Of a stretch of DNA of 64,000 bases, positions 52,649-64,000 are shown one piece after another. The notes below the pieces were generated by a model. That model worked only from the letters and a program-made list of their open reading frames with translations, was not told where the DNA came from and searched no databases. The position numbers were made by a program, and so were the translations under genes. The stretch lies in assembly GCF_964195595.1 (NCBI RefSeq), contig NC_134312.1, positions 201,153,140 to 201,217,139 on the forward strand, read 5' to 3'. Origin of the DNA: Calonectris borealis (lineage: Eukaryota). How positions within the stretch are numbered: the stretch's first letter is position 1; the number at the start of each line of letters is the position of its first letter.

Positions 52649-53442
52649 CTGAAAAAAAAACAAAAGACAAGTGAGTAGAAAATATTCTGGTTTTGTTTCA
52701 GAATATAAAGTGACATTTACTTAAAAACCATCAGTAAATTCCAAAGCATGAGGCATGACACAATTAACATTGTTCTCTCCCATGGCTAATAAAAAGCAAT
52801 ACAGACTCAGGCAAGTAGATAGCCATGATTATTTACAGTTCTTACTTTTTTTTTTAAATCTTGCAATACTGAACACCACAGGAAGAAAATAATATGTTCG
52901 CATTAATCACCAAACTGGAATCAAGCTCCCTTTTGCCTTGTATCTACTGTACGTGGGAAAACACATGAACCCACTTGAACAAAAGAGTGCACCCATGAAA
53001 CCTCTCTAAACTTACCAGTCTAGTTGACCTTAGTTTGAGAAGAGCTCGCCACCATCTCCACCTCCCAACTCTCAAACAGTAAACCCTGCTTAATCAGAGA
53101 TTTGCTCTCAAAGTCTCTCAAGTTTGGATCCTCTGTTGACAGAGATTCTAACAAGCAGTTCTAACACAAGAACTTCAGCCTCCATGACTGACAAATTCAG
53201 AGATATCCTTTGCATCCACTTTCCCTCTAGGTAGCCCTATGATTTTCTCTACACAGGATAGGGTTTGTGATCAGAATTTATTTACATTACAGTAACCACA
53301 GCTGAAATTATGCAGTTAATGTCACCCCGCTATATCCTGCTAACTACTTTTTGGGCATCATGCAAGGGAAAAAAGTTGTGTAACACTTTCAAACATAAGT
53401 AAAAGAGACAAGAATCACAAATATGACAATAACCAAGCCAAC

Positions 53443-53583
53443 CTTTTCAGCTGCCTGTATCAATGCAGTTGTTCCATTTTTCTGTCTACCATTAACTTTA
53501 GCTCCTTTCCTGATTAGGACTCGGAGAAGGTCATCGTGCCCACCAGCAGCAGCAAGCATTACTAGGGTCATTCCACTTGAATC
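53443..53583 (-). CDS. MPHOSPH8: MPHOSPH8 ankyrin-repeat exon: DSSGMTLVMLAAAGGHDDLLRVLIRKGAKVNGRQKNGTTALIQAAEK
   Basis: Minus strand. Acceptor ttgttgcag|GAT (rc 53584-53589). Donor AAG|gttggc (rc 53431-53442). 141 nt, phase 0 at both ends. Near-identical to human DSSGMTLVMLAAAGGQDDLLRLLITKGAKVNGRQKNGTTALIHAAEK. ORF track 53389..53592. Confidence 0.9.
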
Positions 53584-54732
53584 CTGCAACAAGAATCATT
53601 GCCATTAAAAAAAGAGAAAAAAAACAAAAAAACACAAAAGCCAAAAAAACTTTAAGATAAAGCAAAGCTGCAAGACAAAAATTGCAAGTGTGTCAACAGG
53701 TTTCACAAAGATGCCCCTCCATGGCAGAAGAATTCAAACACACATAGCTGCCAGATACCAACAAACTATCACCTCCCACTTCTCTTGTCCACAGGCCTCA
53801 CACTCTGAGCTCCATAATCTGCAAAACCCGTAACATTCCAAGGACCAGAACAAGGAGGAAAACCAGAATGAGCCAGGAAGAAAGGCAGCAAGGTATTTGA
53901 GGGTGGGGAAGACAGCAAGACAGTGGAAAAAGAAATCAGCTGCCACTGGAAGAAAAACACAATGGCTCAACTCAGCTGCTACTACACCACTGCTTTTGGA
54001 TTTTATCAGAGTATAAGTATGAAGAGACTTCTGTGAGTGGCCAGTCACCTCACTCATTCTTGCATTTTCCACCAGACACTACAATTCAAAGAACACACGC
54101 TTGTCTCAGTAGTTCATTTGGCATCTTTTCTACTACACTACAGAAGTCTTAGCATAACGTGTAGTTCTCAAAATGTTACATAATACAACTACACAAGATC
54201 ACCAGTGAAAATACTGATATCGGAGATTTTAATCCTCAAAAATGGAACTGTAGTACAATTCAACAGGACAACAGATCCTTGAGGGAAAAACCAGTAAGAA
54301 CACAGCTGATGAACAACTGGCAGAAAACTAACTATTCATGGAGTGAAGTGGTCCTAGTCTGTCAGACAGAACATTCAGGTTTTTTTTTTTAATGTATAGA
54401 TGTTTTACATAGTTTAGGCACTTAACCTGATGGGTATCATCATTCCTTATACCACGTAAAGTTCTAAATTTAATATTTAGTTAAATCCAGTGGGCAAATC
54501 TGCTGCAAATCCAGCAACTGGGATGCATCTATCAAACTTCATTTTTTCTTTGGAAGAAATGGATAACAAATATTGAAGCCTCAAATTCTGTACTCCCTTT
54601 TCTCATCTTGTGCTTTTTTCCCAAGGTGAGACAGAAATCTGCTACTAGCAAGAGGGGAAAACTTTTCAAACAATCCAAATCTGTACTCTTCCCTCCTGCC
54701 CCCCTCCAATACTTCTATTGCAGAAAAATCAC

Positions 54733-54821
54733 CTCTTGATCCAGATTATATTCCTCGTTTGAAGAAAGTGCCATCTTTACTGTCATATAATCTCCACTTT
54801 TAACAGCATCCCTCAGGAGAG
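54733..54821 (-). CDS. MPHOSPH8: MPHOSPH8 exon: (T)LLRDAVKSGDYMTVKMALSSNEEYNLDQE
   Basis: Minus strand. Acceptor ttttctag|CT (rc 54822-54829), phase 2. Donor GAG|gtgatt (rc 54721-54732). 89 nt. Matches human NVLRDAVKNGDYITVKVALNSNEEYNLDQE. Below the 60-aa ORF-track threshold, read by hand. Confidence 0.85.
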
Positions 54822-54907
54822 CTAGAAAATAAATTCAATGCAGTTATAGGATATTTCACTTTGAAATGCCAGCTAAGAAACGTCCCTTCTTCCCAGCAAC
54901 TACTCAC

Positions 54908-55033
54908 TACTTGATATCGGTTCTGTTGACACATGATTCTCATCTTCTCCATCAAGGTGCTTCTGAAAGTCTTCTAGGGTCAGCCATTCTAACTGCATGT
55001 CCATACCCAAACTCAAGACTTGTTGCTTGCCAT
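54908..55033 (-). CDS. MPHOSPH8: MPHOSPH8 exon: (D)GKQQVLSLGMDMQLEWLTLEDFQKHLDGEDENHVSTEPISS(+1)
   Basis: Minus strand. Acceptor tggtag|AT (rc 55034-55039). Donor AGTA|gtgagt (rc 54901-54907). 126 nt. Matches human DGRQQILSLGMDLQLEWMKLEDFQKHLDGKDENFAATDAIPS. ORF track 54900..55106. Confidence 0.88.
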
Positions 55034-55500
55034 CTACCATGTATTTGATTTTATGGAAGAAAAAACGTAAAATAAGTAATGAGTAACTTACAAATTTCCA
55101 AACCATTCATTCATTGCTTGCCATTGCTTCAATGATCAGCAGCTTAACATACTACTACTTTTCATCCAAATAGACTCTCGAAGTCAGCGTGGAATGGTTC
55201 CAAACAATGAAGGCTACGTTACAAACAGACATAAAATGCTTTTACTTGAAACAAACTGTTTATTTGTTGTAATAAATTAGGCTGAAGTGATAAAAGATCG
55301 TGAACACTCCATTACCGTAATAGCAGAAACACACTGGAAACACACTGAAAAGTTATCAGTGAGTTTCAGAAGAAAACATAATTTTAGCCTCCTGTGGAGA
55401 CAAGAATTGGAGCACTAGAAGATGCAAGCAGGAATGGAGAAAATATTAACTGCCAGTGCTCAATGCTCAACTTTCCCCTGCATTTGTTTCTACTGCTCAC

Positions 55501-55749
55501 CAGAGGTCTCCATTTGACACACATCCACTACTTCTCGATCACCTTCTGCAGCAATGTAAGTCCATGTGTCTGTTTCATCTCTTATGTTCCTCCTTTCCTT
55601 GTACACTTTGCTGTCTTTTGATTTTAATTCTTCTATGAATTTATATTCTAGCGAAGATTCTTCTTTTTTGCAGTTATTCTCAGAATATTCACTTTTCTCT
55701 TCTGAAGCTACATTAAACAAGTCAAATGCACTTTTGATGTCCTTAAAGC
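55501..55749 (-). CDS. MPHOSPH8: MPHOSPH8 exon: (S)FKDIKSAFDLFNVASEEKSEYSENNCKKEESSLEYKFIEELKSKDSKVYKERRNIRDETDTWTYIAAEGDREVVDVCQMETS
   Basis: Minus strand. Acceptor ttctag|GC (rc 55750-55753), phase 2. Donor TCTG|gtgagc (rc 55493-55500). 249 nt. Matches human …LKEIRNAFDLFKLTPEEKNDVSENNRKREE…KERRNTRDETDTWAYIAAEGDQEVLDSVCQADENS. ORF track 55490..55792. Confidence 0.87.
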
Positions 55750-56901
55750 CTAGAATATTAAGACAGTTACCAAGAGTGACTACTTGAGCCACTAAAGACT
55801 ATTACATAACAAAGTTTAAGTGAGTGACCAGAGTCCACTTAGAAAAGGTCTGTTCTCTTTCCGTAAGTTAATCATTGCTGAAGCATAGGAGCAAGCTTAA
55901 CAACCTAAGGCAAAAATCAGGGAGAGCTAGTTCACCTCCAGCTACCCTGGCAAGTCTGAGTTCTGACTGCTTTCAACACAGTACCATCTTTTTAAGAAAT
56001 GTAGTTTAGAATTATGCGTAAATCGCTACTTTGAAAATATGGCTCAGTATCTGTATCTGATAGACAGACGAAGGACACGTGCTGTATAGGGAACAATAAT
56101 TAATCATTCTGTTTGTTACTACTTTTCTTAAGCATTGTAAGCATCTATGCTACTTTCAGTGAAAGACGTTTCTCTATCAACAGCTATTTGAAGCATCATA
56201 GATCCTCCTGTTTGATTCATGATTATCAAACGTGGAGTTAACCTAGTTTTCCTCTGTTCATCCTCATCAGAGTAGTAAAGGAAATTATCCTGAATAAAAT
56301 AATCCAGAATTTTACTGAGATCAAGAGTGGTAACATTAATACTCCACTATACTATTAAGAACAGAAATACAACCTAGACATATTTCTTCATGTATCAAAT
56401 CATCCAGTTCTGGTGATATTTTAAGGGTTGTATAGTATAATTCATCATTGTGGCTAAAGCAAGAGACAAGAAGTTTGTCTGATGGGAACCTCTACTAGTT
56501 TTTCTCAACATAGAAAGCGTGTATTCATAGTATCATCAGAACACTTCTGGAAATAAGCCAATAGTTGGATAAATTCCTCTAAAAAAGGATTACTGTTACA
56601 TGCCACAGAAGCATAGCTGACAATATTAAATGAAAAACGGGCAAAATCTTGACTTGTCTACAAAAATGTCAGCGATTTCTATACACTTCCATGCTTCATA
56701 CATTGAAAGTACACACAACATTCTCATGAAGCATGTATTAACAAAGCCATTAAACAGCAGACTTTTGCTTCCTAAAATAAAAGCAGAAACTCCTGTTTCT
56801 GGTATGTGTTACAAAACTATACAATATCCGCTCTTGTAGAAATAAGAGGATCATGTCCTGAAGGGTCTTTCCCTTCTCTCTTTTAAGCAGGTAGCACTTA
56901 C

Positions 56902-57004
56902 TTTTTAGGCCTTTTTGTTCTTTTCTGCTCTTTTCTTCTTTTTCAGACTCTTTTTTCTGAGATTTTTCTTTTGTTTCAGTTTTCTTTACTTCTTTCTCCT
57001 GATA
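56902..57004 (-). CDS. MPHOSPH8: MPHOSPH8 exon: YQEKEVKKTETKEKSQKKESEKEEKSRKEQKGLK(+1 nt)
   Basis: Minus strand. Acceptor ttgttctcag|TAT (rc 57005-57009). Donor AAAAA|gtaagt (rc 56894-56901). 103 nt = 34 codons + 1. Aligns with human …SKEKYQKRHDSDKEEKGRKEPKGLK. Frame joins both flanking exons exactly. Confidence 0.82.
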
Positions 57005-60000
57005 CTGAGAACAAAGATCAAATTAAAGTGGTAGACAAAAAATGGAAAATAAACTCCTTTCGCCACTCCAATGATAAAATGTATTTAAAATTAATACTAC
57101 TGAAACCTGCATATAACAGACTTGTGGACATTCCTAAGAAAAGAATTAAACAGGTGAGCTAGGAGTGAAGTCTGTGAAGGCTTCTTCCATAAGAGAAGAG
57201 GTGTTATTTCCAAATTAAAACAACTTCAATTCAGATTTTTACTGCATCCCAGCCATGCAAGGTGTCTTATGGCATAAGGTGCAGATATGCCAAAACCAGC
57301 ATTTTGAAGGAAATTCAAAATTAAGAACTTTTAATTTGTTCCAAATACTGAACCTGAATAGAATGTAGTTATTTCGAAGTATTTAACACCTTTGTAGCAC
57401 CATATTCAAAACAGTTATGAGAGCACTGACTTGAACCTTAACTGAGAAAACTTGACATTTGTATACAGAATGTTCCAATTTACACATACAGAACGTTATG
57501 GCAGAAGTCATTTGTGAAAAACAGACACTCAGGAAAAATCTACCCAAACCCACCGTACCCACACAGAAGACTGAGCTTAGCAATATCCAATATTACAGAA
57601 GAAATTTATGGTAGATGTAGATATATAATCAAATTCACCAAAATAGAATTCAACTGCCTCCACCAAAGGTTGCCTTTCTCCTCCTGTAATCCTCTCTCTC
57701 CATTCAGCCAGCAAACTCCAAACTGCAGAGTAGAAGGGACAAGGCTCTTTGGCATGGCTTTGTATCAGCCCCTGACACCAACCTGGTACATGGAATAGCA
57801 TTGGCTTTCTGAAAAACTGCCCCAAAAGAAGTTCCCACAAGAACTACAGACTGAATTTATCACTAAATGCTACCATTTCTTTGACGTAGGAAAACCTTCA
57901 ATTAAAATAGGTGAATTTGGTGTATCATAATGTGTTAGCAGAGCTGAGACATTTAATGGTCTTTCTCATTCCCTCCCTCCCCACCCTCAAAACCTCAGTT
58001 TTTGATCACTGGCATGATTAACTAGTAGCACAGAGCGCTGTTAATCCTGGCAGATGCCCAGTATTTAGGAGGAGACCCGTAACGTACTAAATGGATTACC
58101 AGATATTTGCTACACAGAGGGGCTGTTAAAATCAGTAATCCTGAACTCTATTCCAGATTTCCAATACTGATCAGATGCACAACATACACTGCACATTTAT
58201 TTTTGGAGGTAACTCGAATAGAAAGAATGGTTTGTCATGCAAGCTGATTCCAAACAGAGAATACTGAATTATAAATTGACATGACAGTGTTCTGTAATCA
58301 GAGCTACATAAGGAAAGATAGTTAGCTGAAACATACACAATGATTTTATTTGAAAAGAATACTCCGCTTGACCCAATAATTTAGTGAAGCCAAAAAACCT
58401 CCAGAACTCTCCACCAAACCCACCCATATAACACTTCACAGCTACTCTGGAGAATAACTAACCAGGTACAGAAAACATTGTTTAAGCCTCCTAGACTAAA
58501 AAAAGCAAAAAACAGAATGCCTTCCTTGCTTCCTTAGTACTTTGGAGCATTCCACAGAGCACGACCATGAGAAAGGCATACAGACAACTTTCTGAGAGTG
58601 CTGGCTGAAGAGACATAAGCAAACCAACCTTCATTTGCTGTTGATTTCTTCATGTCTGGAGTGACAGAATTTTTATACTACTGGTAAATAAAACAGAACT
58701 CCAAAGATTTATCTGGTTATCTTCTCTGATGTCTCTCTTATGAATGCTATAGGCTCAACTACAAGAAAATACTTGAGTAATAAAGGGCCATACCATTTCA
58801 GTTAACTAAGTAACTTTTTGAAACTGGCTATGCCTCATAGTAATTGCTTAACCTTTACAAGAGCTTTCACCACTAAGGTCCTGCAAAAACACTACTCTGT
58901 GTAGCTCTACTCTGAGATTATGCCACTTACTGTCTACCCCAAAATCAACTTCCTTATGTTTAAGGTGGCCTACTCCATACATACAACAATCTTAAGCAGA
59001 GGACCACAGCTGAACCTACAGAAGAAACTTGCCACCACAGAATTATGGCCTCAGAAGAAGTGGGGGTATAATCCAGTAAGTATCAAGGTGTTTTGGCTGC
59101 AATCCTGTCACAAATCAGAAAGGGCTTTGTCTCAGCAGCCGAAGTTTTATCAACTGCAAACTGTACTACAACAGTCTGAAACAGCTGAAAAATTATATTC
59201 TCAGAAACATTCCAGGAATATTGGGGGTTTTTTTCCATTAATTTTTTTTCTTTTACCTTTACCATCCTGCTTTTCTTAAAACACTACTGTATTAAATAAG
59301 GAAAAATAAATATTCCAGTATTTGCTTAGCTCATTTCTTAGAACAGGTACAACATTTGTAATTAATATGAAACCATGTCATAAAACTAAGCATTTTCTGT
59401 AAGCACCCCAGGAATTCTAACAAGACAAGCCAGCTGCACAATTATCTGGGAGACTTGGGTTTAGAAGCGATTTCAGCATTCCAATTCTCAGGTAGGTGCT
59501 AACGCACGTAAGGTATAATGGAATGGCTGGCTTTTGAGAGAGATCAACTGTGTGTTTTAGCTCAAAGGCGCACTTCATTGTGCAGTGTTGGATGGATAGT
59601 TGTTCAAGACTGAATGTCTTACTACACAAGTAGAAAAAAGTCAAACTGAGGCAACTGTTGAAGGTGGGGGGAACAAAGCTAAAAATGACAGCATGCTTTG
59701 GAGGAACAGTAAATTTCATTCTAAGTAAGTACACATAACAAACAGGAGAAATTCATACTTTCACGTTTAAAGACACCCTTCTCTCCTAAAGTGTTCCCTC
59801 CTTCATAGTGTTCAGGATCCAGAAATTTTTCAGTCTCTCCTATACATTGTGCAGTGGGCCTTTCTTTAGCTTCATCCAGCTCATTAACTTTCCAATTTGT
59901 ATTTTTCTACTTGCCATCATGAACAGTAGCCTTTTGAGATATCTGTACCTCAAAGATGTTTGATTTAATCCCCAGCCCCCACCCCAATGCCTTAAACATT

Positions 60001-60006
60001 GCTTAC

Positions 60007-60861
60007 CTCCCCAGCTGAATCAGTGGACTTGCGCCCTCTTTCATCAGCGCTCAATTTCAAACCCTTCTGCACTGGTGAAGGAGCAGGTGACACTTTCTCC
60101 AACTCTCCTGGTACCATTTTTACTTTTTCTTGACCTTTTTGCTTTTTGTGCATGCTTTTCTTTTCTAAATAGATATCTTGAGTTTCCACTTTTCTAGCTT
60201 CCTCTTTACAATCTTCAGCTTTCTGAATTTTTTTCTTCTTTCTTTTAACCTTAACATCAATACCATCATCTTCATTGCTTGCTGATCCATCAAGATGCCT
60301 ATCAGCAATGGAATCTTTTTCAGCAATTTCTTGTTCCAATCTCTCTTCTCCACTTACTACCTTTTGCTTCTCGTCTTTATTTTCAGAATTTAAGTCTGAA
60401 TTTTCATTATCAATTCCTTGAGAAAATACATCATCTAGAATACTTGATTCTGAGTCAAACTGAACATCTCCATGCTTCTCCTTCCGTGATTTTTTATTTT
60501 CTTTAGGATCTTCTTTAGATTTTATTTTTAAATCTTTAACTTCTCCCTTCTTTTTCTTGATTTCTTTAGTATCTTCTTTCCTTTGCTTCTTTGGGTCCTT
60601 TGAATCCTCCTTGGTTTCTGAAGTCCTTTTTTTTGGTTTTGAATCTGAAATCAAAGTATCTGAGGAATTTTCACATTCTGTTCTGGGTTTTTCTTTGAGT
60701 TTTGCAGACTTAGACTTTTTCTTCTTCAGATCATCTGGACTTCTATCCTCTCCATCTTTTGACTTTTTCTTTTTCTTCTTTGGTGAAACATCATCTTTTG
60801 TTTCACTTTGCCAGTCACTGTCAGATTCTGCTTCAAACACATCATTATTTAAACATAGTTT
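60007..60861 (-). CDS. MPHOSPH8: MPHOSPH8 large Lys/Glu/Ser-rich exon (285 codons: KLCLNNDVFEAESDSDWQSETKDDVSPKKKKKKSK…STDSAGE)
   Basis: Minus strand. Acceptor ttttag|AAA (rc 60862-60867). Donor GAG|gtaagc (rc 60001-60006). 855 nt, phase 0 at both ends. ORF track 59992..60840 (282 aa). Start aligns to human RLSLNNDIFEANSDSDQQSETKEDTSPKKKKKK and end to human …GEERGLWSTDSAEED. Interior is a divergent disordered K/E/S/D-rich region. Confidence 0.88.
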
Positions 60862-61769
60862 CTAAAAGGCAGAGAAAAAAAGAAAATATTTCTTTCCACA
60901 TTAAACTGTATCACTTTGGTGTAAACGATACAAAAATGGTAGCAATGGTGCTTGGGAAAAGTAAGCTTTTAAACACTTTAACCTTTTTATCACTGCAAAT
61001 ATTATTCCTCATTGACAAACTGTAAAATTTGTAAATACAGTTCTAGCTCACTTACCTAAATTACATTACTAACTGCTTGGATGAGAATCAATGCATAAAC
61101 AAGTCAAGTAAACCAATCAGACATCCAACAACCAGATTCCAGAACAGAACTAAATCTGAACTATTTTACATCAAAAACAATTAACGTGATTTTGTAAAAT
61201 TTACCCATAGGTTTCCCAGAAGTGGGGTACCAGTTTTCAAAAAAGATTCTTACACTTCATTTTCAAACTGACTGAGCAGTTAAAAAAGAAAAGAAAAAGA
61301 CATATGCTGCCTTCTTGTAATTAATTTCTCTGTATTCCTATCTTACCAAATTTAGTGGTTAACATGCAAAAATTCATCAATCTGCTACTCAAAGCAGGAG
61401 GGTGAACTGAGCGGTGCCCAGCTTCACTGACAAGAAAATACGCATGTGGGTAGGGAAAAGGGGTTGTTTATGTTGTCAAAAACAAACTACAATGACCACA
61501 CATCATTTATATAGTCCCATTAAAAACTGAAATAAAGTTTAGATGGACTTAGCCTCTACAAGCAAACTTGTCAATTAACAAAAAAATCCCTAACCAGAGA
61601 GCAGCAACAATATTCAGTTTCACATGAAACAAAACACATTTAGATCGAAGAGATTCTTTAAGTCTTCTTAACTCCATATCCCAAATGTCTTCCCTTCTCC
61701 CTCCTCCCATGAGCAGAGCCTAGATAGGGAATACATCTTCAGTGTAAGACACTGCAAGGTGAAACACAC

Positions 61770-61925
61770 CTGTATGTCTTTTTTAACAGGTTTAGGCTTA
61801 TTGTCCACAATTTTTTTTCTGAATTCAAGCAGCACTTCTTTGCAGTCTTCCAAATGAACCTCTGGTTCCCAGGTATCATCATCAGAGGTATATCCTTTCC
61901 ACCGTACTTTGTACAGAATTTTACC
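61770..61925 (-). CDS. MPHOSPH8: MPHOSPH8 exon 2 (chromodomain): GKILYKVRWKGYTSDDDTWEPEVHLEDCKEVLLEFRKKIVDNKPKPVKKDIQ
   Basis: Minus strand. Acceptor tttcttacag|GGT (rc at 61926-61931). Donor CAG|gtgtgt (rc at 61761-61769). 52 codons, phase 0 at both ends. Near-identical to the human MPP8 chromodomain (GKVLYKVRWKGYTSDDDTWEPEIHLEDCKEVLLEFRKKIAENKAKAVRKDIQ). Confidence 0.9.
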
Positions 61926-63399
61926 CTGTAAGAAAAAAACCCAACATTTAATACAATACAGCACAGTATTGCATCATCTACTCAATTCTTGGGGATCTCA
62001 GTGGATATATCACATTGTGTATATAGAAATGAATATAATGGGAGTTCAAGCCAGTGTTGACATAAGAATTCCCAGAATTATTCCATCTGCATCACATACT
62101 GAACTAAGTAGGTTGTAAAACATTTCAGTAGTTGGAGTGGTTTTATCCAAAATATTTGTAGTATCTAAGATCTGTTCAGAATCACAGCTACAATGTACAA
62201 ATCATAAATTCCCAGTCATTTTCTTGAAATGGATTTTCTGACAGTTATAAAACTAATTTTTAAAAAAGTTTTAATATTTCTTCTATAAAAATTTCAAGCT
62301 TGAATTGCTTCTCTTCGCTGAAGAAGTTGATATAAAACCTTAAGATTTATAATGCATTAACACCATTCACCTAGTTTTATATTGGAATTTATAACTTATC
62401 TTAGATTTGTAATCAATGCCAGTTTTGATAAGCTGAAATACCAACAATTAGGAAAAAAAAAACCCACACCACCAATGACATCAAGTTGAACCTACACAAA
62501 ATCTGAGTGTGTGCGTCTGAGTGGAGTTAGTTACGAAGATTTTGGTAAAAGATTACATACAAAAGCCCTAGACCAATTGTTTCAACAGTATTTAACTTCA
62601 CCGTAGGATGAAATTGCACCTTTTAGTGTCTATCTTGTTTTTTCACAAGATTAGAAAGTTTTTTACTGTTAAAAAAGCTTTCCATCAAATTATCTCTTGC
62701 CTTTCTCCTACATAAATTAAGTAGTCTGAATCCTTATGTTTCTCAAAATGGACTCCTTTTCTTGCTGAGAGGCAAGGCTTATTAGCTTGGACTCAGCATG
62801 TTGCCGATATTGCCAGACAAGTGGCAACTCAGGACCTCCTGCACCAAGCTTAACTGAAAAGCAGAGACATGTCCTATGAAATCAATGCGATCACCTTTAT
62901 TGATTAAACCTGCAGCCTCTTTAAACAGATGTATGACAAAAGCTAGCACCAAACTTAAGAAAATCCATTGTCCATATAAAAAAGGTAATAATGAATATGA
63001 GGCAACATAGCCTTTCCTGAACTTATTTTCTGGAGGGGGAAAAAAAAGTATTAGCAAATGTACTACTAGGTTGATAATGCTCTGAAAGATCCTATACAGC
63101 TAATCAAGCCTGCAGAAGGAAAGCTTCAGAAGAATTGCCATTTGACACTTGATATTAAATGTATTTATATGCATAAATTTACATTTTTGCCTGAGCACCA
63201 TTAACCTTTGGCCAAGCGTATATATATGCCATTAAACTTTAGCAATCACTCTACTTACAATGTTCTGTATTTTGCTTCACAGACACATAAATAAATAGCC
63301 TATATTCAGATACATTAGTGTAATACTTCTCCTCTTATAATTTAGCTTAACCATACACTCTTGATTTAGGAATTAGTTTTCAAAATCATGCTCATCTGT

Positions 63400-64000
63400 C
63401 TCTCTTTCTTTCCTCTAATGTCATGAAATAAACGACTAGTAACTTTCTTATTACAGTCACAGAATAATTTAGGTTACAAGGGATCTCCAGAACTAACAAG
63501 TAAAACGCCCTCCTCAAAGCAGGACCATCTATATCAGGCTGCTCAGGAATCTGCCCAGTCAAGCATATCTATTCAGATTTTCCTGTGTTCCAGCTTGTGT
63601 CCACTGCCTCTCTCATCCTTTCACTATGCATCTCTGAGAAGGATATGACTCTATCCTCTCTACATCCTCCCATTAAGTAGATATAGATACCACTATGACC
63701 ATCGCTGATTCTTCTCTTCTTACGGCAGAGCAAACCCAGCTCTCTCAGCCTCCTGTGCTCCAGCTCCCTAAACTGTTTTCATAACCCTTCACTCCAGTAT
63801 GTCCATGTCTCTTCTGCCCTGGAGAGCTCGGAACTTGACACAGTACTCCAGATGCACCCCAGCAGGGCTGAAGAGAGGAAGAAGTATCTCCTTCGATCTG
63901 CTGGCTACACTCCTGGATGCTGCTGGCCTTCTTTGCTGCAAGAACTGCTGACTCATCTTCAACTTACTTGTCTGTGGGGAATCCCAGCTCCTTTCCCGCA
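63400..64000 (-). mobile_element. CR1 LINE 3' portion, reverse orientation, cut by the window edge. In the MPHOSPH8 intron upstream of the chromodomain exon.
   Basis: The rc of 63480-63800 encodes …LEHRRLRELGLLCRKKRR…YIYLMGGCRED…WNTGKSE…, the CR1 ORF2 C-terminus ([29 protein letters not shown]…YLKGGC…GNGHKLEHRKF…). The element runs past position 64000. Confidence 0.8.

Noticed and set aside
59992-60840. 282-aa ORF called as a stand-alone protein starting with M
   Set aside because: It is an internal exon of MPHOSPH8, with splice sites at 60861/60862 and 60006/60007. The track's 'M' is a GTG codon, since the ORF caller accepts alternative starts.
60279-60865. Plus-strand ORFs (75 and 102 aa, poly-F/L/S-rich) antisense to the Lys-rich MPHOSPH8 exon
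   Set aside because: Codon-composition artefact: one antisense frame is dominated by TTT/CTT/TTC codons because the sense strand is a run of AAA/AAG/GAA codons. There are no splice signals or homology.
1-64000. The prompt's suggestion of a novel or undescribed biological system (defence island, operon, CRISPR and so on)
   Set aside because: The sequence is vertebrate nuclear DNA with spliced orthologs of two well-known genes plus CR1 LINEs. I see no prokaryotic gene density, no CRISPR repeats, no tRNA/rRNA genes and no operon-like ORF arrays. Claiming a novel system would be unsupported.

Overview
Organism and overall call: this is vertebrate nuclear DNA, almost certainly from a bird (sauropsid at the least). 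It is AT-rich, gene order and splice structure are vertebrate-like, and it carries at least seven CR1 (chicken repeat 1) LINE fragments. It is not a prokaryotic or phage locus, and I see no defence island, operon, CRISPR array or other compact novel system. The six-frame ORF track treats GTG as a start (the 282-aa ORF at 59992..60840 begins at a GTG), so its ORFs are not gene models.

Genes (convergent, tail-to-tail):
- PSPC1 (paraspeckle component 1), + strand, 3' end. Three coding exons at 5138-5195, 9437-9606 and 12966-13151. The CDS ends ...[10 protein letters not shown] at 13151.
- MPHOSPH8 / MPP8 (M-phase phosphoprotein 8), - strand. Twelve coding exons from 61925 down to 44003, with phase continuity checked across all of them. 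Order in the transcript: second half of the chromodomain, a 285-codon Lys/Glu/Ser-rich exon, then the ankyrin-repeat exons and the C-terminal tail. Exon 1 and the promoter lie beyond 64000. The true stop is unresolved: either read-through to 43937 or one more short 3' exon.
- PSPC1 and MPHOSPH8 are also adjacent and convergent on human 13q12, so this looks like conserved synteny. Here about 31 kb of AT-rich, CR1-littered spacer separates the PSPC1 stop from the last MPHOSPH8 exon.

Other content: intronic and intergenic CR1 fragments in both orientations (two retain 170+ aa reverse-transcriptase ORF remnants). There are many A/C-rich (or G/T-rich on the opposite strand) low-complexity tracts and a few small tandem duplications.

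Limits: all protein comparisons are from my memory of the human sequences, not from a database search. I cannot fix the species.
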